A stretch of 64,000 bases of DNA from an uncultured Acidobacteriota bacterium (GCA_963770895.1 CAVYRF010000002.1:2624001-2688000), one strand, 5' to 3'; shown: positions 1 through 9,905, numbered from the stretch's first letter. Notes: generated by a model from the sequence alone, not told the origin. Made by a program: numbers and translations.

Positions 1-31
1 CTTTGCGAGCGACGATCAGCCGGTGCGCCAT
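1..31 (-). CDS. 5' fragment of probable ParE/RelE-type toxin (runs off window)
   Basis: ATG at 31 overlapping the antitoxin 3' end; reads MAHRLIVARK, resembling ParE N-termini; only 10 codons visible. Confidence 0.4.
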   Translation of the reverse strand, partial: MAHRLIVARK

Positions 32-249
32 GCCCCTGTCAGGACCCGGCTGCGCACTTCAGCCCACGGAGATCCGGCTTCCGGATCTGCCTCGAATTCA
101 GCCAGCCGCCGGTTCAACTCGGCTTTCAGGTCGTCAGGAATCGAAACGTCTTCGGGCAGGGCGGCGATACTGTCCCACAAAATCTCGGCAAGCCGGATGC
201 GCTCCGCAACGGGCAGCTCCAGGAGCTCGGCAATGGATACAGTTTTCAT
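16..249 (-). CDS. Addiction module antitoxin component (TIGR02574-like)
   Basis: LPVAERIRLAEILWDSI...ELNRRLAEFEADP...SPWAEVRSR pattern; start could be 249 or 258. Confidence 0.8.
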   Translation of the reverse strand: MKTVSIAELLELPVAERIRLAEILWDSIAALPEDVSIPDDLKAELNRRLAEFEADPEAGSPWAEVRSRVLTGAWRTG

Positions 250-405
250 CCGATTCATCCCGCAGCCAACCACGGCTGGCCTGGGTTTGCGAGCAGGCAG
301 CCGTTGCGGCTTAGCTCCTCCATCTTACCGCTGAACCCACCAGACGTCGCAACGGTTGGCGTCAGGACCGACCCCGATTTGCGAAGCCTCATTGGCTGAC
401 GGAGA

Positions 406-1506
406 TCAGCGCTGGGATGTGGGGTGGCGCTCGGCGAGCATGGCGTCGCCGTAGGAGAAGAAGCGGTAGCCTTGGGCGAGGGCTTCCTGGTAGGCGGCGA
501 AGGTGCGGTCGCGGCCGGCGAAGGCGGCGACCAGCATGAGGAGAGTGGAGCGGGGCAGGTGGAAGTTGGTGAGCAGGGCGTCGACGACCTGGAAGCGGAA
601 GCCGGGGGTGATGAAGAGGTCGGTCGAGCCGTCGCCGGCCGCCGGCTGGCTGCCGTGGGCCGCGGCGGCGGCTTCCAGGGTGCGCACGACGGTGGTGCCG
701 ACGGCGACGATGCGCCGGCCGCCGGCGCGGGCGCGGGCCAGGGCTTCGGCGGCGGTGGGGGAGATGGAGTAGCGCTCGCGGTCCATGCGGTGATCGGACA
801 CCAGGGGCGCGGTCACCGGCTTGAAGGTGCCGATGCCGACGTGCAGGGTCACCGCCGTGCGCTCGACGCCGGCGGCGGCAAGGTCCGCCAGGAGCTGTTC
901 CGACAGGTGCAGGCCGGCGGTCGGTGCGGCGATGGCGCCGGGATGGCGGGCGTAGACGGTCTGGTAGCGCTCGCGGTCGGCCTGGTCGTCGGGCCGCCGG
1001 ATGTAGGGCGGCAGCGGGACGTGGCCCAGTCGCTCCAGGTGGGGCTCGATGGGCACCGAGAAGCGCACGCGCCGCCGGCCGCTCGCGGTCACCTCCAGCA
1101 CCTCGGCCGCAACCCCGGAGGGAGCGCCGCCGGCGGTCAGCAGGTCGACGACGGCGCCGGGCCGGGCGCGGCGGCCGGGGCGCACCAATACTTCCCATTC
1201 GCGCTCGGCCAGCCGCTCGACCAGCAAGAGTTCGATGGTGCCGCTGCCGCCGGGCCGTTCGCCGCCTTCCACGTCGCTGCCGCCTGGCCTGCCGGCGGGG
1301 CGGCCGTAGAGGCGCGCGGGGATGACGCGGGTGTCGTTGACGACCAGCAGGTCGCCGGGGCGCAGCAGGGTTGGCAGGTCGCTGATGCGGCGGTGGCGGG
1401 CGTCGCCTTCGCGGTCGACGACCAGCAGGCGGCTGGCGCCGCGCGGGGCTGGGGTCTGGGCGATGGCTTCGGCCGGCAGCGGGTAGTCGAAGTCGCTGGT
1501 GAGCAC
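406..1506 (-). CDS. queA: S-adenosylmethionine:tRNA ribosyltransferase-isomerase
   Basis: SDFDYPLP..IAQ, LVVNDTRVIPAR, GHVPLPPYI, YQTVYA, AAPTAGLH, TLHVGIGTF, TNFHLPRSTL, FFSYGDAM; GTG start at 1506. Confidence 0.97.
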   Translation of the reverse strand: MLTSDFDYPLPAEAIAQTPAPRGASRLLVVDREGDARHRRISDLPTLLRPGDLLVVNDTRVIPARLYGRPAGRPGGSDVEGGERPGGSGTIELLLVERLAEREWEVLVRPGRRARPGAVVDLLTAGGAPSGVAAEVLEVTASGRRRVRFSVPIEPHLERLGHVPLPPYIRRPDDQADRERYQTVYARHPGAIAAPTAGLHLSEQLLADLAAAGVERTAVTLHVGIGTFKPVTAPLVSDHRMDRERYSISPTAAEALARARAGGRRIVAVGTTVVRTLEAAAAAHGSQPAAGDGSTDLFITPGFRFQVVDALLTNFHLPRSTLLMLVAAFAGRDRTFAAYQEALAQGYRFFSYGDAMLAERHPTSQR

Positions 1507-1511
1507 GGGCG

Positions 1512-2747
1512 TCAGGCGGCGGCGATGCCTGGGACGCGCCGCAGCAGGTCGTGGGCGAGGAGCAGGGCGACCAGCATCAGGCCGCCGGCGCTCCAGAAGG
1601 GCCAGGCGGCGCCGGCGGTGGTGAAGATCCAGGTGCCGGCGAGCGGGCCGGCGATGCGGGCCAGGGCGCCGCAGGAGCGCGAGACGCCGATGGTTTCGCC
1701 TTGCGACGCCTGGCTGCTGAGGCGCGACAGCAGGGCCAGCAGGGAGGGATTGTGGAGGGCCGAGCCGATCGCCAGCAGGGCCAGGGTGAGCGCCAGCCAG
1801 GCGGCGCGGGCGGGCACCGGCAGGAGCAGCAGGCCGAGCGCCATGGCGGCGATGCCGGCGAGGATGAGGCGGCGGTCGCCGAAGCGGCGGGCGAGCCGTC
1901 CCAGCAGGCCGCCCTGCACCACGACGAGCAGCACGCCGACGTAGGCGAACAGGCCCGAGGTGGCGCGCGGGCCGAAGCCGAAGCTGGCCTGGCAGAAGAG
2001 CGCCAGGGTGGCTTCCATGATCGAGAAACAGAACATCACCAAGAAAAAGAGCAGCATCAGGTTGCGCAGCCGCACGTCGTGCCACAGGCGCCGCAGGTCG
2101 TCCAGGCCGAACAGCGGTTTGGCCATTGCCGCGCCGCGCGCCGCCGGCGGCAGCGACTCGGGCAGGGCGGCGACCGCGACGACCAGGTTGAGGGTGGACA
2201 GCGCGGCGGCGGCGTAGGGCACGGCGGTGACGCCGAAACGCAGCAGCAGGCCGCCGAGCGCCGGCCCGATGACGAAGCCGAGCCCGAAGGCGGCGCCGAC
2301 CAGCCCCATGGCGCGGGAGCGGTCGGCAGGCGGGGTGATGTCCGCCAGGTAGGCCTGGGCGATGCCGTAGTTGGCGGCGGCGATGCCGGCCAGGCTGCGC
2401 GCCACGAACAGCATGGGGAGGCCGCCGGCGGTGGCAAACAGCAGGTGCGCGGCGGCGCTGCCGGCGATCGACACCAGCATCAGCGGCCGGCGGCCGAAGC
2501 GGTCGGAGAGCCTCCCCAGCCAGGGCGCGCACAGCAGCTGCGCCAGGCTGTAGGAGGCGAACAGGAAGCCGATGGTGAGCTTGCTGGCGTGGAACGCTTC
2601 GGCGTAGTAGGGCAGGATCGGCAGGATCATGCCGAAGCCGATCAGGTCGAGCGCGATGGCCAGGAACACCGTCAGCCGGGCACCCCTGGCCGGCGTCGCC
2701 GCCGGCGGCAGATCGGCAGGAGGATTGGCGCTCGCGCTGACGTTCAC
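1512..2747 (-). CDS. MFS transporter, TetA/DHA1-like
   Basis: About 12 hydrophobic segments; motif A GRLSDRFGRRP; AYLADIT; GFVIGPALGG. Confidence 0.92.
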   Translation of the reverse strand: MNVSASANPPADLPPAATPARGARLTVFLAIALDLIGFGMILPILPYYAEAFHASKLTIGFLFASYSLAQLLCAPWLGRLSDRFGRRPLMLVSIAGSAAAHLLFATAGGLPMLFVARSLAGIAAANYGIAQAYLADITPPADRSRAMGLVGAAFGLGFVIGPALGGLLLRFGVTAVPYAAAALSTLNLVVAVAALPESLPPAARGAAMAKPLFGLDDLRRLWHDVRLRNLMLLFFLVMFCFSIMEATLALFCQASFGFGPRATSGLFAYVGVLLVVVQGGLLGRLARRFGDRRLILAGIAAMALGLLLLPVPARAAWLALTLALLAIGSALHNPSLLALLSRLSSQASQGETIGVSRSCGALARIAGPLAGTWIFTTAGAAWPFWSAGGLMLVALLLAHDLLRRVPGIAAA

Positions 2748-2820
2748 GGGAGGAGGAGTCTAGCCCACAACCGGCCGCCTGCATCCGGCGCCCGCGGGCG
2801 GGTAGGGTGCAGGTCTATCG

Positions 2821-3900
2821 TCAGCCCGGCGCACCGCTGCCGGCCGCGGCGGCGGCGGTTTCGGCCGCCTGGGGCAGGCGCGGCAGGCGCTGCCGGTGGG
2901 GGTCCAGCAGGTCGCGCAGGTCGTCGCCCAGGAAGCTGACGGAGACCGCGATGAGCGCCAGCAGGGCGCCGGGAACGACCGCCAGCCACCAGGCGCTGTC
3001 GGGCGCGTGGTAGGCGTCCGCGATCATGCCGCCCAGGCTGGGCGTGGGGGGTTGCAGCCCCAGGCCCAGGAAGGAGAGCGCCGATTCGAGCAGGATGATC
3101 CTGCCGACCAGCTGCGTCGAGCGCACCAGCAGCGGGGTCATGGCGTTGGGCAGCATGTGCCGCACCAGGACCACCAGCGGGTGCTCTCCCAGCGCGCGGG
3201 CGGCCAGCACGAAGTCGCGCTGCTGCAGGCCGCGCAGCTCGGCGCGAGTGAGCCGGCTGATGATCATCCAGTTGGTGCCGCCGAGCATCAGCACCATGAC
3301 GGCAGTGCTCGGCCGCAGCAGCGCCGACAGCGCGATCATCAGGAACAGCCATGGAAAGGCGAACAGGGCGTCGACCAGGCGCATGGTCACCGCGTCCCAC
3401 AGCGGTGTGCCCAGGGCGGCCAGGGCGCCCAGGGCGATGCCCAGGGTCAGCGCCAGCAGCACCGACAGGACGGCCACCGCGAGCGAGAGGCGGGCGGCGT
3501 ACAGCAGGCGGCTGGCGACGTCGCGGCCGAACTGGTCGCTGCCGAGCGCGAAGACGCGCCTGTCCGCGACTCCCGTCGCCGTCAGATTGAGAACCTGCGC
3601 CGCGGGGACCACCGTCCGCCTGCCCAGGCGCTCGACCTCCAGGCCTTGCGGCACGCGCCGCACCCGCTCCGCCAGCTGCCAATCGCCGCCGGCCAGGTGG
3701 AGGGCGGCGAGCGCCGTGCCGGGCGGCCGCAGGCTGGCGGCGCGCGGGTCGAGCTGCTCGTTGGGATCGTAGGGGGCCAGCAGCGGCGCTGCCGCCGCCA
3801 GCGCCACCAGGGCCGCGACCAGCACCGTGCCCGCTCCCAGCGAGTGAGCCCGCAGCCAGCGCCACGGCCGGCCCGCCGCCGCCACTGCGCGCCTAGCCAC
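2821..3900 (-). CDS. Peptide/nickel ABC transporter permease (DppC/OppC-like)
   Basis: LGSDQFGRDV, FVLAARALG EAA loop, HMLPN, ESALSFLGLG. Confidence 0.93.
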   Translation of the reverse strand: MARRAVAAAGRPWRWLRAHSLGAGTVLVAALVALAAAAPLLAPYDPNEQLDPRAASLRPPGTALAALHLAGGDWQLAERVRRVPQGLEVERLGRRTVVPAAQVLNLTATGVADRRVFALGSDQFGRDVASRLLYAARLSLAVAVLSVLLALTLGIALGALAALGTPLWDAVTMRLVDALFAFPWLFLMIALSALLRPSTAVMVLMLGGTNWMIISRLTRAELRGLQQRDFVLAARALGEHPLVVLVRHMLPNAMTPLLVRSTQLVGRIILLESALSFLGLGLQPPTPSLGGMIADAYHAPDSAWWLAVVPGALLALIAVSVSFLGDDLRDLLDPHRQRLPRLPQAAETAAAAAGSGAPG

Positions 3901-4870
3901 GCTCCGCCTTGCGCAAGCGCGGGTCGACCGCCGCGTGCAGCAGATCGGCGACCAGATTGCCGCCGATGGCCAGGGCGGCCGCCACGGCGGTGGTGGCGAT
4001 GATCACCGGGTAGTCGCGACTGGAGGTGGCGTCGTAGGTGACCCTGCCGATTCCCGGCCACGCGAACACCACCTCGATGATCAGGATGCCGGACAGCAGC
4101 TCCGGCACCGAGACCCCCAGCCGCTGGATCAGCGGCACCAGGGTGGCGCGCAGGGCGTGCACCCACAGGACGCGCCGCTCGCTCAAGCCGGCGGCGCGGG
4201 CGGTGCGGACGTAATCGCAGGCCAGGACGTCGAGCAGGCTGGCGCGCACGTAGCGGGCGGTCGCCGCCGCTTCGATCAGGCCGAGCGTCAGCGCCGGCAA
4301 CGTCAGGTGGCGCAGCAGGTCGACCAGCCGCGCGGCGCTCCCCAGCTGGTCGGCGCCCACCGATTGCATGTGCGACGCCGGCAGCCAGCGCAGGTAGTAG
4401 GAGAAGATGATGACCGCGAGCAGCGCCACCCAGAACGTCGGCTGCGAATACATCACCTGGGTGACCAGGCGGATGGCGCCGTCCAGGCGGGTGCCATGGT
4501 GCCGCGCCGCGACCACGCCCAGGGTTACGCCGACGCTGAATTCGACGCACAGGGCGGCGACGGCGAGCAGCAGGGTGGCCGGCAGCGCCTCCTTCACCAC
4601 GTCGGCTGCCGGACGCTGCTGTCCGTAGGAGATCCCCCAGTCACCGTGCAGCGTCACCGCGGCGAGCCAGCGCACGTACTGCTCCGCCAGCGGGCGGTCG
4701 AGCCCATAGGAGTGGATGAGCAGGTCCTTCTGGTGCTGCGGCACGGGGATCTCGGACAAATTGGCGAGCGGGTCCCCCGGCACCAATCGCAGCAGCACGA
4801 AGGTGAGCGTCAGCACCAGGTAGAGGAGCAGCAAGGACGCGGCGAACCGCCGCAAAAGATAGGCAGGCAC
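3893..4870 (-). CDS. Peptide ABC transporter permease (DppB/OppB-like)
   Basis: GLDRPLAEQY, GDWGIS, DYVRTARAAGL, IEVVFAWPGIG, RDYP. Confidence 0.94.
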   Translation of the reverse strand: MPAYLLRRFAASLLLLYLVLTLTFVLLRLVPGDPLANLSEIPVPQHQKDLLIHSYGLDRPLAEQYVRWLAAVTLHGDWGISYGQQRPAADVVKEALPATLLLAVAALCVEFSVGVTLGVVAARHHGTRLDGAIRLVTQVMYSQPTFWVALLAVIIFSYYLRWLPASHMQSVGADQLGSAARLVDLLRHLTLPALTLGLIEAAATARYVRASLLDVLACDYVRTARAAGLSERRVLWVHALRATLVPLIQRLGVSVPELLSGILIIEVVFAWPGIGRVTYDATSSRDYPVIIATTAVAAALAIGGNLVADLLHAAVDPRLRKAERG

Positions 4871-4895
4871 CTGGGACCCGTCGGCCGGCGGCGCC

Positions 4896-6587
4896 TCAGT
4901 GTTGCGGCGGAGCTTCGAGCCACCAGTCCCGCAGCCGCATCATGCTGTACAGCAGGCTGGGTTGCACTCCGTGCAGCCGCCGGTCGAAGGCGCTCAGGCG
5001 CTGCGACTCCCACAGAAAGGTGCAGGGCTGGTCGTGCTGCACCAGCAGTTGGATGCGGTCCAGGTCCTGGCGGGCAAGCGTGATGTCGGGCACGCTCATC
5101 GAGCGTGCGATGAGGCGGTCGACCTCGGGGTTGGAATAGCGGGTGAAGTTGGACTCGCCGATGGCGCTGGTGGCGAAATAGGCCCAGAGATCGAGGCTGG
5201 TGTCCATGCCGCTGCCGGTCAGGCAGGCGTCGTAGTTGCCGGCTTCGGTCTGCCGCGTCAAGGCGTTGAACTCTTCCTGCCGCGGCTGGGCGCGCACGCC
5301 GATCCTGGCGAGCTGCGCCTGGACCATCACCGTGGCGTCGACGCGCTGCTGATTGCCGGAGTTGGTCAGCAGGTCGAACGCCAGCGGCTTGCCGTCGCGC
5401 TGCAGGACGCCGTCGGGGCCGGGTTTGAATCCCCTGGCGGCGAGCAGGCGCCGCGCCGCCGCGGGATCGTACGGGAACGGCACCAGCGACCGGTTGTGCG
5501 CCCACACCGTGGTCAGGATGGGCGAGTCGCACAGGCGCGCGAACTTCCCCCAGAGGGTGTCGACGATCGCCCGGCGATCGATGCCCATGGTCAACGCCCG
5601 CCGCACTTCGGGGTCCGAGAACGGCGCGTGCTGGTTGTTCCAGGCCACGCTGACCCAGGTGCGAAACCAGTACGGCAGCACCGTGAGGTGCGGGTTGGCG
5701 GTGACGTGCGGCACGTCGCCGGGCGCGATCTGGGGGGTGTAGTCGATGTCGCCGCTGTCGAGCTGGGTGATCAGGCTGGCCTGGTCGGGGATGATGCGCA
5801 TCACCATCCGGTCCAGGTAGGGCCGGCTGGGGTCGAAGAAGCGCTCGTTGCGCCGCAGCACGATCTCCTGCTGGTGCTTCCACGATTCGAGCACGAACGG
5901 GCCGTCGCCGACCAGGTGCTGGCGGAACCAGTCGCCGCTCTGCCGCCAGCGCGAGAACGGGAGCTGTCCCCAGGCGTGGCGCGGCAGGATCGCTCCCTCG
6001 TTGGCGTCCAGCAGCTGCTTGGCGTAGACGCGCTTGAAGCGGAAGCGGGCGGTCTTGGGGTCGACCACTTCGACGTCGGCGATGTCGGCCTTCATGAAGG
6101 CGAACTGCCAGGCGACCTCCGGGCTGGTCTGCGCCTGCCAGGTCCAGCGCACGTCGTCGGCGGTGACCGGCACGCCGTCGCTCCAGACCGCGTTGTCCCG
6201 CAGATGGAAGGTGAGCGCCTTGTGGTCCGGCGACCATTCGAACGAGCGGGCAAGCAGCGGCAGCATGGTCGCCGGATGCTCGGTGTAGTCGGACTGCTCT
6301 TCGACCAGGCGCAGCTGGAGCTGCACCATGAGCTCGCCCATCACCGCCGTCTGGGGCCCGATCAGATCATTGACGCCGGGGGGCTCCGCCGTCCAGGCGG
6401 TGACCAGGGTGCCGCCGCGCCGCGGCGCGCCCCCCTGCTGCGGCGCGCCGTGGCCGCCGCGGCCGCAGCCGCTCGCCGCGAGCGCCAGGACCAAGGCCAT
6501 GCCCAGCACCGCCAGGGCCAGGATCGGCGGCACCGGCACCGAGCGCCTTGCGGGAGGCCGGCGTGAACGGACGAGAAGCGGATGCAT
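4896..6587 (-). CDS. Peptide ABC transporter substrate-binding lipoprotein (family 5)
   Basis: Lipobox LAASGC; TFHLRDNAVWSDGVPVTADDV; GDGPF; VRRALTMGIDR. Confidence 0.93.
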   Translation of the reverse strand: MHPLLVRSRRPPARRSVPVPPILALAVLGMALVLALAASGCGRGGHGAPQQGGAPRRGGTLVTAWTAEPPGVNDLIGPQTAVMGELMVQLQLRLVEEQSDYTEHPATMLPLLARSFEWSPDHKALTFHLRDNAVWSDGVPVTADDVRWTWQAQTSPEVAWQFAFMKADIADVEVVDPKTARFRFKRVYAKQLLDANEGAILPRHAWGQLPFSRWRQSGDWFRQHLVGDGPFVLESWKHQQEIVLRRNERFFDPSRPYLDRMVMRIIPDQASLITQLDSGDIDYTPQIAPGDVPHVTANPHLTVLPYWFRTWVSVAWNNQHAPFSDPEVRRALTMGIDRRAIVDTLWGKFARLCDSPILTTVWAHNRSLVPFPYDPAAARRLLAARGFKPGPDGVLQRDGKPLAFDLLTNSGNQQRVDATVMVQAQLARIGVRAQPRQEEFNALTRQTEAGNYDACLTGSGMDTSLDLWAYFATSAIGESNFTRYSNPEVDRLIARSMSVPDITLARQDLDRIQLLVQHDQPCTFLWESQRLSAFDRRLHGVQPSLLYSMMRLRDWWLEAPPQH

Positions 6588-6664
6588 GACGGGGTCGTAA
6601 ATCCGCCTGCATGCTACGCGTTCACCGGGCCGGGGGTCAAACCGCGGGTGGTATCCTCAAAGCC

Positions 6665-8083
6665 ATGAGGGGTGGCGGCACAAGGCGCGACGGCGTCAAG
6701 CCCGACATGTCGCGGTGGCTGATCGCCGGCTCGCTGCTGTTCCTGGTGTTCGTGCTGGACCTGGCGCTGTTCGGCTGGCTGATCTTCCGCTCGCTGTCGC
6801 AGCGCGAAGTCGAGCGCGCGATCCTGGAGACGCGCGTCGAAGCGCAGCGGCTGGCCTCGCAGATCGAGCGCCAGGCCGACCGCCAGGGCAAGGACCTGTA
6901 TACCGCGGTGGCCTACGAGCAGGAAACCCAGACCTACATCGACTCGATCCTGCGCCAGCGCGACTTCATCCGCACCGTCGAGATCCGCGACCGCAACAAC
7001 GTCCTGGTCTACGAGAGCCGCAGCCACGGCGTGGTGCCGGTGGTGCCGCCGGCGGCGGCGCTCGCCCCCCATACGCCCGAGCTGCCGCAGCGCGTCGAGC
7101 GCAAGTCCTACGAGCAGTCGTCGGTCGTCCCCGTGCCGCGCATCGACGTGCCGATCGGCGACCTGGGGTCGCTGCAGATCGGCATCAGCCCCGGCGAGCT
7201 GTCCAAGCGGGTGGGCGTGCTGCGCGGCGAGCTGATCCGCCAGACGACGCTGATCGGCGTCGCCTCGCTGGTGCTGCTGCTGGGGGCCTTCAGCGCCGTC
7301 TGGATGTTGCTGCGGCGCACCCGCCGGCTGGAGCTGCAGGCCGCCGAGGCGGAGCGGATGGCCTACATCGGCACGCTGGCCTCGGGGTTGGCGCACGAGA
7401 TCCGCAGCCCCCTCAACTCGCTCAATCTGAACATGCAGATGCTGGAAGAGGAGATCGCCGAGCAGGGGCCGGGGGTGATGCCGACCGGCCGCCGCCTGCT
7501 GTCGATCACCCATTCGGAGATCAACCGGCTGGAGCGCCTGGCGACGGACTTTCTGGCCTACGCCAAGCCGCGGCCGCTGGAGATCGCGGAGGTCGCGGCG
7601 GTGCTGCCGCTGGAACGCCTGCGCGACGTGCTGGCGGGCGAGATCGAAAAGCGCGGCGCGCGCATCGCGGTCGAGGACCGCAGCAACGGCACGCGGATAC
7701 GGATCGACCCGGCGCAGATCGACCAGCTGCTGATGAACCTGGCGCAGAACGCCCTGGCCGCCGCCGAGGAGGCGGGGCGGTCGCCGGTGCTGACGCTGAC
7801 CGCCTACCGGCGCGGCGGCACGGCGGTGCTGGAACTGCTCGACAACGGCATCGGCATCCCGGCGGACCAGGAAGCCAAGATCTTCGACCTCTTCTATTCG
7901 ACTCGCCGCGGTGGCACCGGTCTGGGGCTGGCCATCGTGCAGCGCATCGCCCGCGCCCACGGCGGCACGGTGCGCGTCAAAAGCTCGCCCGGGCTCGGTA
8001 CGGCGATGAGCCTGGAGCTGCCGGCCGTGGCGACTCCGCTCGAGAGCGCCACCCGCCCGTCGCTCAAGCCGTCGCCGGTCTGA
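6665..8083 (+). CDS. Two-component sensor histidine kinase
   Basis: Two TM segments; H-box LAHEIRSPL; N-box NLAQNA; DNGIGI; GTGLGL; start 6665 chosen from the upstream TG-n-TATCCT. Confidence 0.93.
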   Translation: MRGGGTRRDGVKPDMSRWLIAGSLLFLVFVLDLALFGWLIFRSLSQREVERAILETRVEAQRLASQIERQADRQGKDLYTAVAYEQETQTYIDSILRQRDFIRTVEIRDRNNVLVYESRSHGVVPVVPPAAALAPHTPELPQRVERKSYEQSSVVPVPRIDVPIGDLGSLQIGISPGELSKRVGVLRGELIRQTTLIGVASLVLLLGAFSAVWMLLRRTRRLELQAAEAERMAYIGTLASGLAHEIRSPLNSLNLNMQMLEEEIAEQGPGVMPTGRRLLSITHSEINRLERLATDFLAYAKPRPLEIAEVAAVLPLERLRDVLAGEIEKRGARIAVEDRSNGTRIRIDPAQIDQLLMNLAQNALAAAEEAGRSPVLTLTAYRRGGTAVLELLDNGIGIPADQEAKIFDLFYSTRRGGTGLGLAIVQRIARAHGGTVRVKSSPGLGTAMSLELPAVATPLESATRPSLKPSPV

Positions 8084-8102
8084 TCCTGCGTCTGTCTCCC
8101 TG

Positions 8103-8156
8103 AAAAGAGGAAACCCCGCCGCACCCTGCCCGTGGACGGGGCAGGATGCGGCGGGG
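8103..8156 (-). terminator. Intrinsic terminator of hsp20
   Basis: Long GC stem CCCCGCCGCA..TGCCCG/CGGGGCA..TGCGGCGGGG followed on the minus strand by TTTCCTCTTTTC. Confidence 0.75.
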
Positions 8157-8210
8157 CCGGCTCCCCAGGGCCTGTGGCTACCTTGGGGGAGAGGGCGACT
8201 GCGTCGTCGC

Positions 8211-8654
8211 TCAGGCGATGGCGATGTGGCGCGGCTTCGCCTGCTCCGCCTTGGGGACGACGATCGACAGCACGCCGTTGTCGAACTTGGCTTCCACCTT
8301 GTCCGAGCTCACCTGGTGCGGCAGGGCGAAGGAGCGGGCGAAGGTGCCGTAGACGCGCTCGATGCGATGGTAGCTGTCCTGCTTGACGTCCTTTTCGAAC
8401 TTGCGCTCGCCCGATACGCGCAGCACGTTGTTCTCCAGCGTGATCTGGACGTCGTCCTTCTTGAGGCCGGGCAGCTCGGCATGGATGCGATACGCCTCGT
8501 CGGTTTCCTGGATGTCCACCGGCGGCGTCCAGGTGCGGCCGGCAACGTCCTCGCCGTGGTGGGCGTCGGACAGGTAGGTGTCGAAGAGGCGGAAGAACGG
8601 CTCGCGGAAGGCGGCCTGCTGCGACGGGGTCCAACGGGTCATGGTGGAAAGCAT
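8211..8654 (-). CDS. Hsp20/alpha-crystallin small heat shock protein
   Basis: WTPPVDIQET, AELPG, ER.YGTF.RSF.LP, AKFDNGVL; RBS AAGGAGG. Confidence 0.96.
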   Translation of the reverse strand: MLSTMTRWTPSQQAAFREPFFRLFDTYLSDAHHGEDVAGRTWTPPVDIQETDEAYRIHAELPGLKKDDVQITLENNVLRVSGERKFEKDVKQDSYHRIERVYGTFARSFALPHQVSSDKVEAKFDNGVLSIVVPKAEQAKPRHIAIA

Positions 8655-8689
8655 GGTGATCCTCCTTGGCTTTGTCGTTAGGGGTCAGA

Positions 8690-8786
8690 TCTCAGCTTAT
8701 CTGACTCAATCTTGATGATCATGATAGATTGCCACTAAGATCTTGTCAACAGCCCTTGTCGTGGATCTTAGTGTTTCTCAGTCAGA
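8690..8786. promoter_or_regulatory. Three HAIR-like (HspR-type) 7-N7-7 boxes
   Basis: TCTCAGC-N7-ACTCAAT (8690-8710), CATGATA-N7-ACTAAGA (8720-8740), TCTTAGT-N7-AGTCAGA (8766-8786); degenerate relative to CTTGAGT-N7-ACTCAAG. Confidence 0.5.
8721..8749 (-). promoter_or_regulatory. sigma70 promoter of hsp20
   Basis: TTGACA-N17-TATCAT on the minus strand. Confidence 0.8.
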
Positions 8787-8841
8787 CATTAGAACCAGCC
8801 TTGGCGTAGATTTATTCGCGAGAACCCAAGGAGACCCCCCG

Positions 8842-8997
8842 ATGGCCACCCCCGAGTACCTGGTCTGCCTCGAGTGCGAGACCCCCTGCTACGAGTTCGA
8901 ATGGAAGGACGGCAAGATCAGCAACGTGCTCTGCGTGAGCTGCGGCAACGAGGACCCCGAGCAGTTCGCGATGCCCGAAGACATCGAGGGCTACTGA
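8842..8997 (+). CDS. Small 51-aa zinc-ribbon-like protein
   Basis: RBS AAGGAG; CLEC...C...CVSC; coding-like codon usage. Confidence 0.75.
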   Translation: MATPEYLVCLECETPCYEFEWKDGKISNVLCVSCGNEDPEQFAMPEDIEGY

Positions 8998-9012
8998 ACC
9001 GGGCGGGGCCGG

Positions 9013-9891
9013 TCAGGCGAGCGGCAGGTCGCGGCGGACCTGCCGCAAGGTCGCCGCGAGCTGCCGCGGGCATTCCTGATGGACGGCGTGGCCGCAGCCC
9101 GGCAGGACGTAGAGCGGCGCATGGTGTGCCGCCGCCGCCATGGCGCGGGCGGTCTTGAGGGTGAACAGGCCGTCGTGCTCGCCCCAGATCATCGCCACCG
9201 GCATGCCCAGCTGCGCCAGGTGGCGCCGCCGGTAGGTGTCGCGCTCGTTGAGCATGGACAGCAGGTTGCGCACGCTGGGCGAGGTGTAGGCGCGCAGGAA
9301 GGCGGGCTGCGAGCGCCGCATGATCCAGGGTGCGCGGTGGTACAGCGCACGGTAGAGCCGCCGCACGCCGCCCAGGTCCTGGACCCGCACCAGGCCGCCG
9401 ATGCGGTCCCAATCCTGCCAGCGGTACCCGGCGGCGTCGATCAGCACCAGCCGCGCCACCAGGTCGGGGCGCTCCTGGGCCAGGCGCATCGCCATCCAGC
9501 CGCCCATGCTCAGACCGGCGACGCTGACCGGACCGCCGTCCAGCTCCTGCTCGATCAGCTGTGCCGCCAGCCGGGCGCCTTGCGCGACGTCCAGCCCGGC
9601 CTTGGGCGCACGGGTGCCGCCCAGCGCCGACAGCTCCGGCACGATCACCCGGCAGTGGTTCCCCAGGCCCGGCAGCACGCGCCCCCAGCTGGCCGCCACC
9701 GACCCCAGCCCATGCAGCAGCAGCCACGGTTCGCCGTCCGGCCCGCCGCGATCGATGCGGTAATAGATCGCCGACACCTCGCCGTCGTCCAACACCCGGC
9801 GGCGAGCGCCGGCGAGCATGAGGTAGAGGGTGCTTGCGAGCAGGTAGAAGCGCAGCAGCACGGCGGCAGGATACCGCACGCCCCCTCTCAT
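9013..9891 (-). CDS. Alpha/beta hydrolase
   Basis: LLLHGLG, GLSMGG nucleophile elbow, WGEHD, GHAVH; start uncertain (9879-9891). Confidence 0.88.
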   Translation of the reverse strand: MRGGVRYPAAVLLRFYLLASTLYLMLAGARRRVLDDGEVSAIYYRIDRGGPDGEPWLLLHGLGSVAASWGRVLPGLGNHCRVIVPELSALGGTRAPKAGLDVAQGARLAAQLIEQELDGGPVSVAGLSMGGWMAMRLAQERPDLVARLVLIDAAGYRWQDWDRIGGLVRVQDLGGVRRLYRALYHRAPWIMRRSQPAFLRAYTSPSVRNLLSMLNERDTYRRRHLAQLGMPVAMIWGEHDGLFTLKTARAMAAAAHHAPLYVLPGCGHAVHQECPRQLAATLRQVRRDLPLA

Positions 9892-9905
9892 GCCATCTGG
9901 CGGCA

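Noticed and set aside
2821-6587. dppABC-type operon without ATPase genes
   Set aside because: ATPases are commonly encoded elsewhere and shared
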